From assembly GCF_964355755.1 (NCBI RefSeq), contig NC_092679.1:2386201-2450200 (forward strand): DNA of 64,000 nucleotides, written 5' to 3'. Below the pieces are notes generated by a model. It was not told the DNA's origin. It did no database searches and worked only from the letters and a program-made list of their open reading frames with translations. The stretch is from Antedon mediterranea (taxonomy: Eukaryota; Animalia; Echinodermata). How positions within the stretch are numbered: the stretch's first letter is position 1; each line of letters begins with the position of its first letter. Shown here one piece after another: positions 24,059-36,350 of this stretch. A program made the position numbers and the translations under genes.

Positions 24059-26542
24059 TTTTTTGCAGTTCAGAATACTTGGGGGTATTTCGCGTCATAT
24101 CATTGAATATCTTAGTATTTTTACATAGTTGCAACGCAATGACGTAGGCGCGTAACGCAAGAGAGTTGACCAATCACAAGCGACAGTTCGGATGATTGGT
24201 CAAGTGGTGGAAAGCAAGCTTTTCTATGCGTCTGTAGTTTAGTTTATCTATGTCTCTTTACAGAAGAATAGCTAGTTTCAACGCAGATGTAAACGTAGGG
24301 AATTACATATGATGTTAAGCTATTCCAAAAACACAATAGAGAGAACAAAAAGCTCTCAGAATTTTAATTGGCATGTAAAAATGTGTTATAAGAAATTTAA
24401 CTAGAAAACGCATAAAAGAAAATGAGACATATATTGTCAGACGATGATGAGATATTAAAAAGGCAGTTGGTGTATTCAATAAGTCCAACAAATTAGACAC
24501 GAACGGCTACAGCTGCGCGTAGGCGTATATTGATTCACGAACAACACAATCCCACTAACTTTCTAACAAAAGCCCGTGAGAAAGATTTGCGAATTTGCGA
24601 GGTGTTTGTAGGTGCACTCCGTCTTAATATCGTTCTAATGGCCTCGAGAACTATACGCGGATAAAGGTTAGACTTTTATTTACCTTTCTTCCAACGGTCA
24701 CGTGACTATTGTTGCCACTCGTGCAATATTCTTTCTTTCCGGTGTGGCAAGCTTGTAAATTTGGGAAAAGATCTGATTAAAGCCCGCATGTGACTGTTGT
24801 TGGAAAGCGCGTGCAACAGTCAAGTTGTACCAAACTGTCTCGGTTATGTTCGGCTCGGTTTCGGCATGATAAGACGCAGTGCGTCCGAATTTCCTCATAT
24901 AGTTCGTTTGCCCAACGCGGTCGTACCGTCGTCATCTTTTTGTACAAATCTGCGTCGGTTGCTCTGAACGTAACGTACGGATCTACTTCGAAACAAAAGC
25001 TTCCGGCCAGTATTTGTGACAATTCAACAACTAATATATTGTTTAAAATATTACTATTTTTCATGTATACACAATTAGACGCCTCTCTTAAATTTAATTT
25101 TTTTCAAATTGTTTTGATTGGATTAATAATACTGTACTTCTCTTGAATTCATTGACTTATATTTCGTCTGTTTTTTACATAATGGTTTAGAATTTACAAA
25201 TTTGTAGTACTGTTAGACACTATAGGAGACACCTACACTATGGCCTATACCTATTCTTGGAACACTACGTTCGGTCCCGAAGGTGTTCTCTTAATATATG
25301 AATGCTACTGCATATGCCAGTATCTTTATCGATTGTTTAGCTTATTTCACAATTCATTGTTCAATTTGCAGGCTTCAGATGTAGGTCGGCCGAAATACAT
25401 AAATGCTCATTTTTAGAATGAAAACATCTTTTATTGGTCAGTTTCATAAGTAAATGGAAAATTCAATTTCCACTTGAAAGAACATCAGAAAATTGAAAAT
25501 GGTGTTTTTATAGCTGGTTGTAATATATCGAGTATGTAGGTGAAAACCTTAATTCTTTCTAGATTTATAAATACGAAGCTTTTAATAACACATGATAGAG
25601 TCACGTAAAGATAATTCCACAAGTTGGCTCAACAAAGCAGCTTTAAGTTCTCTGTGGTGTTAAGAATATTATTACGAGATTTGCTTTTAGACATTCTAAA
25701 TAGCATGCGTTTTCATTGTTGTCGAAATCATAATATATAATAACAATAATCATATGTATATAATAGCGATTTATATAGAAATGACATTAATAAACAAAGA
25801 AAGAAATATAAACATATATTTAAACAATACGGTAGATTTTCAACAACACGACATAGATACAATGGTTCCGCGTAACTTAGCTCACAGTGGATTGGCTCAC
25901 AGCGGATATATTCCCATAAATTAATCGTATGATAAAATTAAATGCCTTCTCCTAGATTCGGACCTGCGACCTCTCTCTGACAATATTAATAGTATCACTC
26001 GAAGGTTCAGTAATAGACTCTAAGTCTGATTACTATCCAATAATGTTTGATATTTTATTGATTTTACCATTTTCTATTTAAACAATCATAATATCCCGGA
26101 TTTAAATCGGTATCCCGGGTTACCAACGCAGAGAAGCGCGTGTACTTTCAAATTACTGAGATTAGTATGCATATTCAAGGTTTTGTATACTTTGAAATAT
26201 GTAAATTGATTGATGGAAATCGCGATTGAAGTCAATAGCAGCTTTTTAACGGATTGAAAGCAAATCTACTTCGTTACTGTGTTAATGCAGACTTTCAGTT
26301 CGTCTGGGTAAAATAAAAAAAAAACGCCTTTCACATGCGCAGTACAGATTTTTGTATTGTGTTTGTTATTTACAGTGAAACCCTATTCAATTCAATTCAA
26401 TTTATTCAGCAATATATATTAAGTGGGTAGTTTAAGAATCCTACACTAGAGCATTACATTAGAGGTAGCACGCGCCCTGAATACTATACGGATTGGCTCA
26501 ATTATAACTATTATTTCCCCTTCGTTCGTGTCACAGGAGATT

Positions 26543-26808
26543 GCCCCTTAATATCGGTGTCCCATTAATATTGGTGTCCCTTAATATCGGTGTCCCCTAA
26601 TATCGGTGTTCCCTTAATATCGGTGTCCCCTTAATATCGGTTTTCCCTTAATATCGGTGTCCCCTAAATATCGGTGTTCCCTTAATATCAGGGCCCCCTT
26701 TATATCGGTGTTCCCTTAATATCGATGTCCCCTTAATATCAATGTCCCCTTAATATCGGTGTCCATCGATGTTCCCTTAATATCGGTGTCCCCTGAATCG
26801 GGTGTCCC
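26543..26808 (+). repeat. About 17-bp minisatellite, about 15 copies
   Basis: Unit CCCCTTAATATCGGTGT inside a Tc1-like MITE. Confidence 0.92.
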
Positions 26809-26958
26809 AGAAGAGAGGTTCTTTTTTATTCAATCTTTAACTGAAAGGAAAATTAATTAGCAGATAGTTTTGTAAAATGTTAGAAACAAATAAAAAAGGA
26901 AAACAAATCAGAGATGAAGAATATTGGTAATTTAATATTAGAAAGAAACAATACTTAC

Positions 26959-27358
26959 ATCCAACGATCATCATTATAATTGTAAATAATTTTTCCGCAG
27001 CAGTTGTAGCAAAAATATTTCCAAATCCTACCGAAGTGAGACTGCTAAGCGTATAATATAAAGATGAGACATAAGCCATCCCTATCGTAGGTGCTACTAG
27101 GTTCTGGTTCTGGTCTTCAGTCAGCTCAATGTTCAGGTCAGTCGTGAGCTTGTGAAGCCAGGCTGCGGTATTGTTCCTTTCTTTGAACCCGATGGTGAAC
27201 CAAAGGCAGGCAAACCAGTGCCCGATAAGTGTAAATGATAACATAAGGAGTATAAGTAAGGCTGTGCCGTATTCTATGTAGTGGTCCAGTTTGCGTATGA
27301 CTCGACCGAGTCTCAAAAGTCTCACCACTTTTAGGGCACTAAAAATGTTACTGATATT
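26959..27358 (-). CDS. eag/KCNH1: EAG exon 6 (S4, S5, pore, start of S6)
   Basis: tttttcag / gtaagt. NISNIFSALKVVRLLRLGRVIRKLDHYIEYG...SLTSVGFGN...EKLFTIIMMIVG. Confidence 0.96.
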
Positions 27359-27680
27359 CTGAAAAAGAATAAAGATTGACGTTATTATGGCATGTAGTTT
27401 TTATACGCAGTTTTACGTTAATCATTTTCATTAATTCCTCGTATAAAATTCATTTATAATTTGTTAATAAAGTTGAAAGTGCTAATCTGGTAGCCGTGGG
27501 TCCGTGGAGGGCCTAATCTAATTTTCCTCAGCTTCCAGTTAAGCTTGAGGATCAAGAAAAATACATTTAACATTTTAACACAACTTCGACGCGCGCGATT
27601 GATTCCGTGTTACGCGCGAGTCTACTTTGTGATGCAACACCCAAAGAAGATTTTATTTTGCATAAATTGTAAACAAAAGC

Positions 27681-27780
27681 AAATTTATAATTGAATTAAT
27701 AAAAATCAATTTATAATTGAATTAATAAAAATCAATTTATAATTGTATTAATAAAATCAAATTTATAATTGAATTAATTA
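27681..27780 (+). repeat. 26-bp AT-rich tandem repeat, about 4 copies
   Basis: Unit AATTTATAATTGAATTAATAAAAATC. Confidence 0.85.
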
Positions 27781-28185
27781 TAGCATATGTATATTTTATT
27801 ATTTTGGATTAGAACAGCGCCATCAGCATTCGTAGTGCAGCCTGACGCGCCGCAGACAATATTCATTAAAACATCCGCGTGTTGATTAATTATCTATCAA
27901 TGAATAATTTATTTAATATGATGTATGAATAGTTACTTTAAGAATAATCGATGTTATTAATTTAAGACAAGTTGCTGTTGATATTTGATATTTAAACTTT
28001 GAAAAGAATGATTATCGTCGCCAAAAGCATTCAACTTTGACCTTTATGAAGTAAAGTGTTAGTGAATCTCAGCATCGACTGAAGACAATTTTTTAATTCA
28101 ATGCAGTATTCAATTATTTTGATCATCGTCATTATCCTTTCGTCATTGATATCATACCAATTACTATCGTCATGATTGGCGAAGT

Positions 28186-28430
28186 TTTGGTAAATTTAAC
28201 CTTTGACCTTATGTTAACCTCCTATAACCCTCGATTTTAATTGATATTAATTATCACCTAAATGCGTATTAGTAATATTGTCAACATTTTGTTAAATTTG
28301 ACCTTTGACCTTATGTTACCTTCAACCTCCAATAATCCTCGATTAATATTTATTATCACGTGTAAACGTGTATTATTAACATTGTCAACATTTTGTTAAA
28401 TGTGACCTTATGTTAATGATAACCTCCAAG
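28186..28430 (+). repeat. Degenerate tandem repeat of about 100 bp, about 2.5 copies
   Basis: Recurring ttttgttaaatttgacctttgaccttatgtta..aacctcc. Confidence 0.7.
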
Positions 28431-28900
28431 ATCAAATTGTAATTAAGACCGTCTGTGAATTGTATTGAGTCAAGAAAGCAAGTAAAAGCATTATTAAGAT
28501 TATCCGCAAGGTGATATCGACCGGTTGCTAAGGAAACACAGCTTTGGTCAGCATTAACAAATGTGTTATTTGGAATTTCAAATGTAGTTCAGTTGTTACA
28601 GTATAGTATAATTACATGAATTTACAGGATCGTGTGTTCTTTAGTATAGTCAGTGCTAGACGAAAGTTTACACACTAACACGTTTGTGTCGCCCGATTCT
28701 CAGTTCTGTAGGCCTATCTCCACACAATTTGTATCAGTTTATCATAGGAGCAAATTCAATAATGCAGCATCTGTGATGCCTGTATCATAGGGTTAGATTA
28801 AGGGTTAGACTTTGCATATGTGTTTTACATGTGATGCTGTATAACGGAATCTGTCTATAATAGTCGCTATCCAATCGAGTTTGAACAATACCATGAAATG

Positions 28901-29092
28901 AAGTGGTCTAATGGTTAGGGCAACTGCATATCAAGCAGACGGTCCGAGTTCGAGTCTCGGTTGGAGCGACTTTTTCTCATTCTCACAGATTTCCTCATCT
29001 TTATCGTTTAAAATTAATTAATTAAATTTCAGTATATCACCGGGCGGTTTAGAATTAATGTTCTTTGCCTGATTTGTTTATATAAATAAATA
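28901..29092 (+). mobile_element. tRNA-derived SINE
   Basis: A-box TGGTCTAATGG, CTGC/GCAG arm and B-box GTTCGAGTC, followed by an unrelated body and a TAAA tail. No paired acceptor stem. Confidence 0.6.
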
Positions 29093-30704
29093 TAGATACA
29101 GTACCAAAAATCTCATTTTGTAGACAAATTATCCCGCATGAAGTTATCAGAGATACTAATACTAAAAGACGACGCATTTCATTGGTTTCCGTTTGATACT
29201 AATTTCTACTAACCAACCCACCCGTTTGACATTCAATCTAAAGGGCGAGCGCAACCAGTGGGAGTAATATATCAAAATCAATTGTAGTTTTTGTTTAATA
29301 AACGATATTTTTCTGACAGGAGTCCCAGCAGTTTATTAGTTAGGGTCAATCATAACAATATTCACGCAATATTTTATGACTGTGTGACAATCTCCCACGT
29401 TTAAGCCTTGGGTCTTATATTATACAGTGGCTGCTAAATTGTCACTCTTCATTTGAAACCAAAATATTACCCATAACCACAATTACTACCCATAACCACG
29501 TAACCTTTTCAAAGCCCGCTGGGATACAATCATTACTGTTTACATAATGGCAATTAAGTAGATGAATGTGTACTTTGTTTTTAACAAGAATTGCAAAAGT
29601 GAGTTGTCATAACTGCGGGGTATACATTTCGAATGTTTTTGTCTCTTCGGACGACTGATGGCAGCCGATTAAGGAAAGAGCACCTCGAGACATTACAAAA
29701 AGCGCGGGAACAAAATTATCGCCTCACTTCGTTTACGCCAATTTACAATTTTATCAAATTCGACAACTATAGATGGGATAATATGTCAGATTTTCGGTAC
29801 TGTTTTTCTTCCGTAAAAATGACAATGATTCATGACTTGCTGAACCTTAACATTTTAATCGTGGTGGTTATAGGGAGAAAGGCTATACCTAAACGTAAAT
29901 ATACGTAAGATAATAATGCTATGGTATTGTATAGCCGATTATCTACTGTAGCGATTTTTAAAAACCCCTGTACTATATAATTTGTATAGTATCATAGGAA
30001 AATTCATTTGACGACTGTACCATAGGCCTAGCCTTGCCCCAAGTCTGTATTTATTGACTTTTTTTATGTTAGTCCACCAGTCGACGTTTCGAGTTTTGTC
30101 TGAAAATACAAGCTCAAATAGTATACGTATGAAACGCAATATGCGCCAAAGTATTATATTTTTACTAATATTAAGTCAAAACTCCATCTGGAACCCAGAC
30201 TACGAAACGCCTAACTAAATTGTACTTAACATACAGGCGTTGAGTAAAACCCATCTTCACGCCATCAATACATAACTGACGTGCGTACACTACCGATATA
30301 TTGCCAGCAATACGGTATCAGATTTGTATTCCTTTTATTTATTTTTTTTTTCTCTCTCTCTCTCTCTTGTGGTTTACCACCACTTAATTAATTCTTAGAT
30401 ATTTTCTTACATGATAATAAAATCCCGTAAATTCTCTACTTTTTTCGTAATTTTTTGTTTTCTCATTGTCTTACTTTTTTAGACTTTAGTTGGTGCGATA
30501 ATGTGATATTATGTTACTAATGACGTCATTTGCTATGTGTTCTTAATGTGTAAGGCTACATCGGATATTGCCAATCAATATATTCATCAAGTAATATCTA
30601 GCTTTAGTTTAGTTCTATACCCATCCCTTTAATTGATCCGTGCAACTTCAATAGATCATATACTTTGTGATAATTAGTAATCAATCAATTTATAATCAAC
30701 TTAC

Positions 30705-31094
30705 TGAATCTTCAAACGCGTTGATGACGTCATACGGTAGACATGACAACAGGTCAATGATAAACCACGATTTCAAATAGTTCATACGAATAATCTTTGG
30801 ATCGGAAACAACCTCACCACCAGGGCCGACAAAAGTTGTATGAAAGTTTAATATAACATCTATGAAAAACACTATATCGACAATACCATCTATGACTAAC
30901 ACGACGTATTCCCCCGTGGACTTGGACTGAAAGGCGACATTTAAAGGCACTGCAACGGCGGTGTAAAACGTTAGAACTAGTATTATCCAGTCCCATATAG
31001 TTTTGAATGTACAGTAGTGTAAAATGATGTGTGGCGGTGTTTTAGGCGCTTCCAGTCTGTATTGTGGTAAAATATCGGCGTCCATATTCATCAT
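30705..31094 (-). CDS. eag/KCNH1: EAG exon 5 (S1-S3)
   Basis: ttcaag acceptor (AAG) and gtaagt donor. [27 protein letters not shown]...WDWIIL...[13 protein letters not shown]...[17 protein letters not shown]. Confidence 0.95.
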
Positions 31095-31149
31095 CTTGAA
31101 TATAGGAAAGAAAATGAAATTATATGAATTAATATAAATAATAAATTGA

Positions 31150-31550
31150 AATAAAAATGATTATCATCCTCATCAGAATCATAAAAATCGTCATCACATT
31201 CACCACGAATTATTATCAAAATCAAACTCATCAACATAATTATTAACATAAATATTAACAACATCATACTCATACATCATCATTATCATCATCTTTATCA
31301 TTTTCATCATCGGCGTCGTCATCATCATCATCAACATCATCATCATCATCATTATCACCATCATTATCATTATCACCATCATTATTATCAACATCGTATC
31401 ATCATCAATATCATCATCATCATCATCATCATCATCATATTGATCATCATTTTCATTATCCTCATCATCCTCATCAATCGTCGTCGTCATCATCATTATC
31501 ATCAACAACAACATCATCGCCATTATCGTTATCATCATTCATCATCATTA
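31150..31550. repeat. Degenerate (ATC)n microsatellite
   Basis: Long catcat/tcatca runs. Confidence 0.95.
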
Positions 31551-32252
31551 ATTGATGCAATTTTATTTTTTAATGTACATAACCTAAATTACGACAATAA
31601 ATGTTTTTGTCAATTCCAAAACTCGTTTAAAATTCAAATTGTTACTATATATAATTGATGTAATTAAACATATTTTACATTAACCTATCTACAGAACGCC
31701 CTCTGGCCACTAGTATTCATTTATGCAAACGGGACTTCGATTTGTTTGATTATTGCCTCAATATTTTAGCGTATACGATCCTCGTATCAACTTACATTTT
31801 GAATTGAAGAACGGAAATAATATAACTACAATTTCTCATTTTTATTTTTCATAAAATTGAAAACAAATACGAAAGATTTTGTGAATTCAAAAGTATCACT
31901 TTTTTAACGCCACAGATTTAATTTCAATATATCAATTGAAATTAAATCGTATAATAAGTATTCATACACCGGCACCTACGTCATAGTCACGTCATCACTA
32001 TTACCAACAAAACAACCACTACCATTACAACAAACTGTTACCGGGTTTACTACAGCATGCGATTGTACCACAATGGAACACTTTGCACCAAACCGAACCT
32101 ATCACCGATTAACAGCCACTGACACTGCGTGTCATCTTCGACAACCACTGGCCACAAGCAATTGACAACCAATATACCACAACGCAACCATTTTATACCA
32201 CAACCACTGGGTATCATTCACACTATCACCATGCAAATACTACCATAATATA

Positions 32253-32408
32253 CTACACTATCAAACTTTATGTGACAAAAACATGTGATGTATCCATATA
32301 TATAAACATGATGATGTCATATCACTACCATATTTGTGCACATCACCACCTTTTTTGTGCACATCACACCTTTTTTTGTCAAACTAGTTTGATAGTGTGG
32401 ACAGAGCT
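32253..32408. mobile_element. MITE family A
   Basis: Family consensus with the right TIR intact, about 30 bp from the EAG exon 4 donor. Confidence 0.85.
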
Positions 32409-32437
32409 TAACGTATTGTAACATGTGCTATACGTAC

Positions 32438-32565
32438 GTGTGATATCTGAGTGATTTGAGCCTTGTTTACCACATCAACCTTTGGCAAATGTTGTGATAC
32501 TTGATTGAGAACAGATCGGCTTCGAGTTACACTTCTAGCTAACCGGGCAAACCGCCCCATTCCCG
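32438..32565 (-). CDS. eag/KCNH1: EAG exon 4 (N-terminal calmodulin-binding region)
   Basis: tttttag / gtacgt. (A)GMGRFARLARSVTRSRSVLNQVSQHLPKVDVVNKAQITQISH, phase 1-0. Not in the ORF track. Confidence 0.92.
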
Positions 32566-33045
32566 CTAAAAAAAAAGAAAAAAAAAATGTTTACGTCATA
32601 GATTTATATAATACCTGTTTTTTTTCTTATGTGCTGCAATAGGCGAAAATTCGAAATAAAAGCAAATTGAATTGAATATAGGCCTAGGCTCTCAAAAGAC
32701 AATTATACATGATTTGTTCGTAGTTAAAATAAGTCTCGTAAATAAAGTTTATAATAAATATAAAAGAAAAAGATTATCCAAAAAATACTGAAATAAAAGT
32801 AAGCTATACCATACTTTGGAAGATATGCAAATTTGTGAAACTTTATTATGAATATTCAATAGGTAGTTTTTTTTTAAGATTTGCGCCCTCTATCAAAGCT
32901 AAAACTTTTTTGACAGTTCTCAGGCGACCAAAAATTCAATACGTTAAAGCGTCAATATTTGAGGTTTTTACTTATTAATGGTTAGCATTATATTAATATA
33001 TCTAGCATTATGGAATCTTTCTTTCCTTTATGATGTTTCTTCGAA

Positions 33046-33188
33046 AGCTCTATCTACACTATCAACTATGTGACAAAACAAATGTGATGTGCCCATATAT
33101 GGACACAATGACGTTATATCACTATACCATATTTGAGTACATCACACGTTTTTTTTTGTCAAACTAGTTTGATAGTGTGGACAGAGCT
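33046..33188. mobile_element. MITE family A
   Basis: Both TIRs present. Confidence 0.85.
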
Positions 33189-34583
33189 TAAGGCCGTTTG
33201 ATGTCCTCACCAAGGCTTAGGGTTATTGTGAGTAATACAAACAATACATTCTTTATTGATGTTTTATAATGTAGTTTTTTAATACAGTAATAATATAATA
33301 TAGATTTTTTAAACAATATATAGTGAGTTATCAATGTCATACAGCTCCATGCTATTGCAACACATATCTCATAGAAAAAAAAAGAATATATTATGGTGAA
33401 CTATAAATACATCGTGTACCCTGTTACCTTTAAAAAGTAATTGCTTTGAATGTCAGACAGTTTTGAAATACATGATATCATCAGCAATATATGCATCATT
33501 ATAAACTAATTACCATAGCAACGAATTTAATGATTTTGATATTTTCGATTAATTTTGTTTGTTCATTGCGATAAAAAACGATCGCTCTGAATATAGTCTG
33601 CGATTAAACATCTTTATTTGCGCAGTAACAACAAAAATGTAAAAACGATAACGTAATATCTTTAATACAATATCTAAAAGATAAAATATCGATTTACTTA
33701 TAACAATTTAATAGCAATTGCTTTTTAATATACACGCGCAGAACAACGCTACTACCGGTATTTGACAATTTGGTGCATATATTACCTGCGCAATTAAGGT
33801 CAAATGTCAAGGTAGGTCACACATTGGTTTGTAGAGGTCGTTTTATTACGTCATATTTCTCTTTTTTGATTAATAATTTTTTTCACAATATGTTTTTTCC
33901 ATTCTTTAAAATATTATACAGTATAGAACCCCTATCAAGGGACACTTTTGGACCAGACAAGGTGTCCCCTTCTGAGGGGTGTCCCCTGAACATTTGCCGG
34001 ACGCAAACAATATTACCCCTCGTTCATTTCACGGTGAATTATCGCCTTAATAGGTATTTCCAGTGAATATCGTTGTCCCAAAAGACATTTATGCTTCGGT
34101 GATGACTTTACATAATAGGCCTATGTATTATTAGAATGATTTTGTGACTGTGTAATTTGGTAGTAGTCACTCTCATACCGTAGGCCTACATTTAAAAGTA
34201 ACACATCCAAATGCCAACTTCAAGTCAATGGCTACCAGATGTCTCTGTGAGACGGTTATTTGAACCAGTACCAGTACCAGTATAGAAATCTACCGATTTG
34301 GTACTTTACCGTGTTCTTTATTGATATGTTATATTTTGTCTTTAATTATGTCTTCCTCGGTAAAGAATCATAATTTCGAGTGAAGATGAAATATATTATT
34401 ACAGTTATAATTTAGAGGAGGCGCGACCTAAAAAGAACTTATGCGGCTTTGGGGAGGACAGTTTTGTCACCACCTGTTTAAACAGAATCGTGTTACTTAA
34501 TGGCTATTAAAGTAACGTCTTCTCCGAAAGACGGTGCGACATCGACTCTAGTGAGCCGATGAAGAACACCAATCTAGTCTCAC

Positions 34584-34809
34584 CAAACAGTTGTTTTTCA
34601 GTATAATTATATAACCAATTGTGGACAATATTTAGTGATAATTTTACGGGATTTGTACGCGCATGTTTTTTTCGATTTGCGACGATCAGGACCATGACAC
34701 CATGTTTATTGTGTGTGGGTTTAGTTTGGCATTTTTCGAAAAGATGTCGCTCGCCATCTTCGGACCCAATTTCGTCGATTTCAGGACCAGTTGACACCCA
34801 TGCAGACAT
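34584..34809 (-). CDS. Candidate alternative first or cassette exon of EAG (75 aa)
   Basis: GC-richer, repeat-free, sense-strand open frame from ATG at 34809 to donor TTTG|gtgaga. The donor is phase 1, in frame with exon 4. No homology recognised. Confidence 0.4.
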
Positions 34810-35030
34810 GCGTTCTTCAACTTTGGGTGGGGACACAGTAAAAATCGTCGTCGTGAAATAATCGAAATTGGTTTTAGTAGACGAACATTCGGAAATAACG
34901 TAGGCCTAATGTATAATTTACATAAGTCAGGTGGTCCCTATTAATCGTCCCTATTAATTAATTCGTCCCTATTAATGTAATCTCACAGCACCGCTATATT
35001 GATGAGATATGATAATATTATCATTATTAA

Positions 35031-35308
35031 AGATATATTGTCCCCATGAAAAACATTTTGTTGTTGTTGAGTATGGCATTTTATTGTCACATAATAGTTA
35101 TTCACTTTTTACCTAAAAAAACTGTAATTTAAAGCAAAAAAATAGTCAAATTGGCTGGCAATTTGTTGAATTTAACCGTTTATTTTTTGTCTTTTTTCGG
35201 GTTTTTTCCTATGGAAGTGATTAAATTTGTGAAAACTACACAATGGCCAATGGCAAAGTCTGATTTTATTTATCTTCATTTTTTATGTTTCTGGGGGACA
35301 ATGCATCT
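35031..35308. mobile_element. Kolobok-like MITE (TTAA duplication)
   Basis: TTAA-AGATATATTGTCCCC...GGGGACAATGCATCT-TTAA. AG/CT termini with TTAA fit Kolobok. Confidence 0.72.
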
Positions 35309-35335
35309 TTAATATATTTATTAAAATATTGTTAC

Positions 35336-35464
35336 CTCGAACACTATCATCTTCAATTGGCTGCTTCAACGCCGTTATATCCTTAAACGTGCATAGAATT
35401 AAAACAACTTGGTCATTCTCGTCCTTGATTGGAGAAATTTGGGTCATGACCCAAAGAGGCGTTC
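35336..35464 (-). CDS. eag/KCNH1: EAG exon 3 (PAC part of PAS)
   Basis: tttcag / gtaaca. (R)[42 protein letters not shown], phase 1-1. Confidence 0.95.
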
Positions 35465-35596
35465 CTGAAATTAAGAGTGTACAATAGCTATATAATTTTT
35501 GGGTGAAAGAGAACAATATTCTGGCAATTTTCATAATGATAATAAAATATTTTGTTAAATAATACATTTTCTAAAAAATAGAAGCGAAACTTGAAT

Positions 35597-35733
35597 TGTC
35601 TACACTATCAAACTTTATGTGACAACAAATTGTGATGTGGTCTTATAATATAGACATGATGATGTCATATTACTACCATATTTGGGCATATCACTACCAT
35701 ATTTGGGCACATCACACTTTTTTTGTCAAACTA
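35597..35733. mobile_element. MITE family A, truncated
   Basis: Family consensus ending within about 20 bp of the EAG exon 2 donor. Confidence 0.8.
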
Positions 35734-35750
35734 CAATATATAATACTTAC

Positions 35751-35981
35751 TATTTTTCTGGTATAATAATATTTCTGATTGCATTGTTTCGAAGTTTTCC
35801 AAGCATTTTTCGATTTTCTTAATAGTTTCTTTGTCGGTAAGTTCTCCAAACATGAAGCTACAGGAGCAGTTTTGATGCAAGACATCTGCTCGATTGTAGC
35901 CCGAAATCTTACAAAACCCTTCATTTATGTACACTATTGGATAGTCCACCACTTGAATATTTCCAAGTACAAAGCTGCTGT
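35751..35981 (-). CDS. eag/KCNH1: EAG exon 2 (PAS domain)
   Basis: tttacag / gtaagt. (H)SSFVLGNIQVVDYPIVYINEGFCKISGYNRADV...FMFGELTD...EILLYQKN. Confidence 0.95.
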
Positions 35982-36212
35982 CTGTAAAAAGAAGAAAAAG
36001 AGAACTTAGACCGTTTAGAAATAAATAAATAAAAACGTGAAAGTATATATTGGGTTTTTGTATATAGGGCCCATCATGAATGGCAGAACATAGGCCTGTT
36101 TTTCCACGACGTACGTTTACCAAAAACCACTACACCGGCAACTCGTCTTGTCAAGCCGATGAGGTAATTAGAATAAACAAATAGCAAGGACTATTACGAA
36201 AAGAAAACCTAA

Positions 36213-36350
36213 AGCTATGTCTACACTAACTATTTTGACCAAAAAAAATGTGTGATGTGCCAAATATGGTAGTGATATGACATCATCATGTCCATATATA
36301 AGCACATCACATTTTTTGGTCACATAAAGTTTGATAGTGTAGACAAGGCT
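36213..36350. mobile_element. MITE family A
   Basis: Both TIRs present, TAA/TTA flanks. Confidence 0.85.

Noticed and set aside
28299-28311. Perfect DR1 nuclear receptor site TGACCTTTGACCT
   Set aside because: Lies inside a degenerate tandem repeat with no independent support for function.
28901-28970. Possible tRNA gene
   Set aside because: A and B boxes are present but I could not pair an acceptor stem. It continues into a SINE-like body.
31091-31658. Poly-Met/Asp/His ORFs
   Set aside because: Translation of an (ATC)n microsatellite.
35974-35984. Tandem AG acceptors (cagACAGCAG) at EAG exon 2
   Set aside because: Alternatives at +4 and +7 shift the frame. Only the first keeps the PAS reading frame.
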